64,000 nt of DNA from Fimbriimonadia bacterium (GTDB taxonomy: Bacteria > Armatimonadota > Fimbriimonadia > Fimbriimonadales > JABRVX01). The position numbers were made by a program, and so were the translations under genes. Positions 59,649 through 64,000 of this stretch are shown one piece after another. The notes beneath the pieces were generated by a model. That model ran no database searches and was not told the origin of the DNA. It saw nothing but the letters and a program-made list of their open reading frames with translations. The DNA is taken from the NCBI GenBank assembly GCA_041483895.1, contig JBGPGO010000009.1:96001-160000 (forward strand), read 5' to 3'. How positions within the stretch are numbered: position 1 is the stretch's first letter; every line of letters begins with the position of its first letter.

Positions 59649-60026
59649 TTACGCGTCAACGAACAGGAGGGAAGGAGGGCCGCGAGCGCCGGTGACTGCA
59701 ACGGCGCAATTCGTAGGAGGGACCGACGCGTACGTCTCATGCCATGCGACCTTGGTTTCGGAGTGGCCCATGGCGGTATACGCGACAGTTGCGACGAAGC
59801 CGCTTAGCGAATGGCAGATCGGGCAGTTCGAGGAATCATGGGACTGCGTCGGGTGGTGATGGGTTGGCAGCTTGCAATCCGCGGCACACATACCGGCGAT
59901 CGGCGCATGCGCGCCGCTTGCCGGTTCTTCCGACAGGAGATGGAACGTCGGGGCAAAAAAGTAGATCCCGACGAACCAAACTGCCAATTTGGCGAAAATC
60001 GCCCGGTTGCGTAGCCTTCGCATCAT
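59649..60026 (-). CDS. DUF2946-like His/Cys-rich small protein
   Basis: TM/signal, HHH..HDSSNCPICH and terminal ARGPP; first gene of the metal-uptake operon. Confidence 0.7.
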   Translation of the reverse strand: MMRRLRNRAIFAKLAVWFVGIYFFAPTFHLLSEEPASGAHAPIAGMCAADCKLPTHHHPTQSHDSSNCPICHSLSGFVATVAYTAMGHSETKVAWHETYASVPPTNCAVAVTGARGPPSLLFVDA

Positions 60027-60080
60027 GGCTGTATGGGGCCATTGTACCTAATATTCCGTGAGGAGATTGCCGGATGCAGC

Positions 60081-60103
60081 AAATGTGAATAGCTAACACA
60101 TTT
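60081..60103. promoter_or_regulatory. Palindromic operator candidate in the divergent promoter region
   Basis: AAATGTG-AATAGCTAA-CACATTT. Confidence 0.45.
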
Positions 60104-60256
60104 ACCGCATTTTGAGATGGCAAGTCATCAGAACCTATTACGTATTTCGTACTCTATGTCGTGCAAAATGACGACAGATTCGTACCTTGACGGCGAGGAA
60201 TAATGAGCTAACAATATAGGTATGGTTCGAGTAGAACCGTTGAAGGAGAATCAGAC

Positions 60257-60604
60257 ATGAAAATCAAAGTAATGATCGTCGCGGGATTGGTCGCCATGGC
60301 GGTCGGGGGCACGGCCCTCACCGGTTTTATGAAGACGTTTCAGTCAACCTACGCGATCGCCAAGGACTCTCATCTTAGCAAGGAAAAGTGCATGACTTGC
60401 CACGACACGAAGCTTCCGACGAAGGCGAAGCATGTGCTGAATGCGTACGGTCTTGCCCTACAGAAGGAAATGAAGGCCGAAGGCACGAAGAAACTAAATG
60501 AGGACGTCTTGGAGAAGGTCGGCAAGCTGGATTCCGATGGCGATGGAATGAGAAACGCTGACGAAATTAAGAAGGACCGGTTGCCGGGCGACCCGAAGGG
60601 GTAG
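60257..60604 (+). CDS. Small secreted monoheme c-type cytochrome
   Basis: AAGGAG RBS, signal peptide, CMTCH, LNAYG and DSDGDG..N.DEI...LPGDP. Confidence 0.85.
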   Translation: MKIKVMIVAGLVAMAVGGTALTGFMKTFQSTYAIAKDSHLSKEKCMTCHDTKLPTKAKHVLNAYGLALQKEMKAEGTKKLNEDVLEKVGKLDSDGDGMRNADEIKKDRLPGDPKG

Positions 60605-60918
60605 TTGGCTCCGGATTTCGATTTGCAAAGGAATGCAGGACATGTTGATGTGGGTGTTGGCAGTCGTACAATTGTGGTTTGTCGAACGTTATGTGTCGAC
60701 CAAGAGGCTTTTGGGAAGTTTGAAGCCGGGCCGGCAGTCCAGTGGACTGGCGCCGGCTCCCAAGACCGATTCCAGACAGGGCCCATGCGACGCACGTAGA
60801 GCGCATGGGCTTCTTGTTGTCTGCCCCAAAACATTGGCCGGCAGCGTCCTCGGTCCGAGGAGAGTGATTTGCTATGGAGAGTAGCGGCAGCAGATCGGCT
60901 GCAAGGAGGCTAGGAAGG

Positions 60919-61989
60919 ATGTACCGAATGCAACGATCACGCGGAGCAGCATCGCAATTGGTCCTTTTCACAATCCCCTTGGTGGCATTGGTCGCGGTCG
61001 CATTGGCCCCGAGCATCCCGAACCAGGATCAGAAGAAGGACAAGCAAGGCGAGACAACCGTGGCAAAGGCGGCCCCGGTCGACAAGAAATTCTTGGAGCA
61101 GGACCACCCGGGTCCCGAGGCCACCAAGGTGGGAATGGAAGCCTGCGGAGACTGCCACGGCAAGCAGGTCGCAAAATTCTCCGCCTCGAAGCACGCCGTT
61201 TATCTGCGAAAAGTGGTGGCCGAAAAGGGTGAGGTATGCGAGTACTGCCACGGGCCCGCAAGCGAGCACGTCGATGAACGGGCTAATGTGAAGATCCTCC
61301 ACTTCCCGCAGCGATCCGCCTATACAGTCAAGCGAACAACAGAATTGTGCGTGAGTTGCCATACGGCCGTTTTGGACAAGCCCCATTGGCAAGGCAACAC
61401 GCACGCGATGGCCGACGTAAGCTGCGTCGACTGCCACAGCTTCCATCAGGACGACACGCAGCCCTATCTGTTGCGCAAGCCGGATATCAAGGTTACGAAC
61501 AACGTGGCCTTTCGCTACGACGAGAAGCATCCGACCACCAATCAGGCCATCAACGGCGCGTGCCTCAACTGCCACAGGGAGCAGCAATCGCAGCTGCGAA
61601 TGCGTTCCCACCATCCGCTGTTCGAAGATCGCGTCAATTGTGCCGATTGCCACGAGCCGCACAAGTCGACCGATCCAATGCTGCTTGCCGAGAACCGGGA
61701 TCTCTCGGAGACCTGTCTCAAGTGCCACACGAACAAGCGAGGCCCGTTTGTGTTCGAGCATGAGCCGGCTCGTGTCGGCGGGTTGGGTGATAGCTGCCTG
61801 ACCTGCCATCGCCCCCATGGCTCACCGAACCCAAAATTGACCGTTGCGTTCGGTCGCGGCCTGTGCATTCAGTGTCACACCGACATCAACCAAGATGCAG
61901 CACACCTCAATCGGCCAGGAAGCTGCTGGCGGTCGGGTTGCCACAGCGACATTCACGGCTCCAACACGAGCCCACTATTTTTCCACTGA
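60919..61989 (+). CDS. DmsE/MtrA/PioA-family decaheme cytochrome c
   Basis: Nine CxxCH plus terminal CWRSGCH..IHGSN; SHHP..E, KRGPFVFEHEP and PHGS motifs. Confidence 0.9.
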   Translation: MYRMQRSRGAASQLVLFTIPLVALVAVALAPSIPNQDQKKDKQGETTVAKAAPVDKKFLEQDHPGPEATKVGMEACGDCHGKQVAKFSASKHAVYLRKVVAEKGEVCEYCHGPASEHVDERANVKILHFPQRSAYTVKRTTELCVSCHTAVLDKPHWQGNTHAMADVSCVDCHSFHQDDTQPYLLRKPDIKVTNNVAFRYDEKHPTTNQAINGACLNCHREQQSQLRMRSHHPLFEDRVNCADCHEPHKSTDPMLLAENRDLSETCLKCHTNKRGPFVFEHEPARVGGLGDSCLTCHRPHGSPNPKLTVAFGRGLCIQCHTDINQDAAHLNRPGSCWRSGCHSDIHGSNTSPLFFH

Positions 61990-61996
61990 AAGGAGG

Positions 61997-63718
61997 ATGA
62001 AATTGCGAACAATTGGAACCAGCTTCGCGATCCTTCTCGCCTTCGGCATTCTGTCGGCCGGCGCCCAGGACGAGGCTCCGGTGATCAACCAGTTTGAATT
62101 CGATGCCGTGCCCGGTTGGAACAACCTCACCTTCCACGGCAATGAGAGCTTCCTTTTCCAGTACGGAACGATTCCGGATGACTTCTTTGGCGACATGGTT
62201 GCCGGAACTTTCCGAACCTTTGATACAAAGGAGTTGCTATTCACAGGGATGCTGCGAGATATCGGAGAACGATCCCAAGCGGGATACGGCAAGCTTGCGT
62301 TCGGTGGATCGGAGAGCTACATCCGGTTCTGGTCGGAACGATTTCAGTACTATTCGGATCCGACTCTAGGCGAAGTAATCGGCGCGGAGCAGAACTACCG
62401 GAAGGCAAAAGGGCATTTCTCGCTTGGAGAGCGCCTTCCCACCGTCGACCTGACGGCATCGGATCGGACAGTCTTCGAACCGGACATCGTGCGATTGCGC
62501 CCCGGCCCGCCGCAGGATTTTCGGAATTTCCAATATTCCGGCGAAGCAAACTACGCGGTATTCGGCGGGAAATTCCAATTTGGCCTCGGCAATTCTCGGT
62601 TCGAGGACAACACGGGGTATCAGCCGTCCGGAAATAGCCACAACGTGTCGTTCGGCACGACCCAATCCATCGGCGATCGGTTTAGCGCCAGCCTGAATAT
62701 GGCAAACGTATACACAGATCAGGACGGTCTGGGCGGGTCGACTTTGCGAAGCTGGGCCGGATCGGCCACCTGGCTTGTATTGCCGAAAGTTGTTTGGCGG
62801 GCAAGCGGCCAGATCAATCGAATCCATATCCCGTTCACGGTTTCGCGGTTCGCCAGCCATCGGGATGTGTTCAATACCGATGTCAACTGGCGTCCCATCC
62901 GGGAATTTGGGCTGCAGGCAGGCTACACACGGAGAAACCTGGAGCGGATTAAAGAGGGTAGCCAAGTCACCCAACGGCCGGCGATCAATGAAACCTTCGT
63001 CACGGCTCGGTATCGGCCTGGCGCCCTTGGTGACCTGATGGCGAGATATCGTACGACCCGTATCATCGACGCGCCGGAGGCCGATATCAGCGCTTTCGCA
63101 AATACCGCGACGCTCTACTATGACCAGGTGGATCGGTTCGACGCGCGATGGAGCAAGATGTTCTGGTACACGACGGATCTCCATGCGGGCTATCAGTGGT
63201 CCAAGAGGAGACACACCGAGAGGGATAGCGAGCTTCGGCTCCAGTCCTTCAATGCGGGCGTGTCATCGGAGTTGAGCCCGAACCTGAGCTTCCTCATCGA
63301 CTTTCTGTGGGAAGACTGGAGCGGCAACGGACCGGATTTTGACTCGACCGGCCTCAACACGGGTGACGACGGCAGCGTGACATCCGGCGCCGAAAACAGG
63401 TTGCTGTTCTCTCAAGGACAATCGGTTACCTTCGGCCTCAACTATCTGCTCAACAATCGAACATGGATCGACGGAACCGCGGTCGTGTACACCGGCCACG
63501 GTGGGGAGCGCGCCCGCAATACATTTGCCGCTATCGACCTGCGGCAAGAGTTCCTGAATGGATTGATCTTTGGAATCGGCTTCCAGAGACAGGTTTTTAC
63601 AGACGACTTTGTGGGAGGCAACGACTACGACAGCAATGTCTTCCGCATTACCCTTACTGCCAAGTTCAGTGTTCGAGAAGCCGGCAAAGGGGAAGGAGAA
63701 AATCATGGCGGCAAATAA
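61997..63718 (+). CDS. MtrB/PioB-like outer-membrane beta-barrel
   Basis: AGGAGG RBS, signal peptide, alternating aromatic beta strands throughout; directly downstream of the decaheme gene. Confidence 0.75.
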   Translation: MKLRTIGTSFAILLAFGILSAGAQDEAPVINQFEFDAVPGWNNLTFHGNESFLFQYGTIPDDFFGDMVAGTFRTFDTKELLFTGMLRDIGERSQAGYGKLAFGGSESYIRFWSERFQYYSDPTLGEVIGAEQNYRKAKGHFSLGERLPTVDLTASDRTVFEPDIVRLRPGPPQDFRNFQYSGEANYAVFGGKFQFGLGNSRFEDNTGYQPSGNSHNVSFGTTQSIGDRFSASLNMANVYTDQDGLGGSTLRSWAGSATWLVLPKVVWRASGQINRIHIPFTVSRFASHRDVFNTDVNWRPIREFGLQAGYTRRNLERIKEGSQVTQRPAINETFVTARYRPGALGDLMARYRTTRIIDAPEADISAFANTATLYYDQVDRFDARWSKMFWYTTDLHAGYQWSKRRHTERDSELRLQSFNAGVSSELSPNLSFLIDFLWEDWSGNGPDFDSTGLNTGDDGSVTSGAENRLLFSQGQSVTFGLNYLLNNRTWIDGTAVVYTGHGGERARNTFAAIDLRQEFLNGLIFGIGFQRQVFTDDFVGGNDYDSNVFRITLTAKFSVREAGKGEGENHGGK

Positions 63719-64000
63719 ATCACTTTGCTCAAAGAGGCTCACCATCGGGTACGGCGCCAGCGTCGCGGTCCTTGCCGCTGCACTTGTGGTGGGATGCAAG
63801 ACGGGAGATCTTGTGTCGGGCGGTGGCGACTTCGCACCGCCGGGCACGATTATCTTCAATGACCCATCGCCCATCCCCTCGGATAACACGCCTCCGACCG
63901 CGACAATGCTCGGCAGGGAAATCTGCCAGTCCTGCCACGGTCGATCGACCTCTGCGCATCCGAATGGGATCATCGCGGAATGGCTGACGACGCCACACGG
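63705..64000 (+). CDS. Lipoprotein c-type cytochrome (3' end lies outside the window)
   Basis: AAGGAG RBS; MAANKSLCSKRLTIGYGASVAVLAAALVVG-C...GREICQSCH...EWLTTPH; lipobox plus CxxCH; absent from the ORF track. Confidence 0.8.
   Translation, partial: MAANKSLCSKRLTIGYGASVAVLAAALVVGCKTGDLVSGGGDFAPPGTIIFNDPSPIPSDNTPPTATMLGREICQSCHGRSTSAHPNGIIAEWLTTPH

Overview
This is a GC-rich bacterial chromosomal segment. The gene content (PEP-CTERM proteins, secreted proteins ending in a beta-sandwich plus paired dockerin/EF-hand-like module, an H-X9-DG protein, DUF1573) suggests Armatimonadota or a similar lineage; this is an inference, not a database result. Housekeeping genes include grpE-glmM-coaX, queF, ppa, rsgA, ftsZ, an hldA/rfaE-type kinase, mccB and an aldehyde dehydrogenase. 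Larger clusters are a type IV pilus/secretin operon (ExeA-like ATPase, HTH, pilMNOPQ) near a divergent dprA, a VapBC-type toxin-antitoxin pair, two tandem M12 metallopeptidases and a Zn/Mn uptake operon with no ATPase. Main highlights: (i) a porin-cytochrome operon at the right edge (monoheme cytochrome, MtrA/DmsE-like decaheme, MtrB-like barrel, and a lipoprotein cytochrome absent from the ORF track); (ii) three tandem PEP-CTERM genes, each with a sigma54 promoter 94 bp upstream of its ATG and a divergent central region; (iii) several families of short palindromic repeats, with one composite inserted in frame in an amidohydrolase gene; (iv) a ~300-nt hairpin-rich leader before a codon-biased, Cys-rich secreted protein; (v) one gene frameshifted in a G-tract and one split by a single in-frame TAG; (vi) unannotated small ORFs and apparent leaderless genes. 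No rRNA, tRNA, CRISPR array or transposase was recognised. All family calls come from motif recognition by eye.
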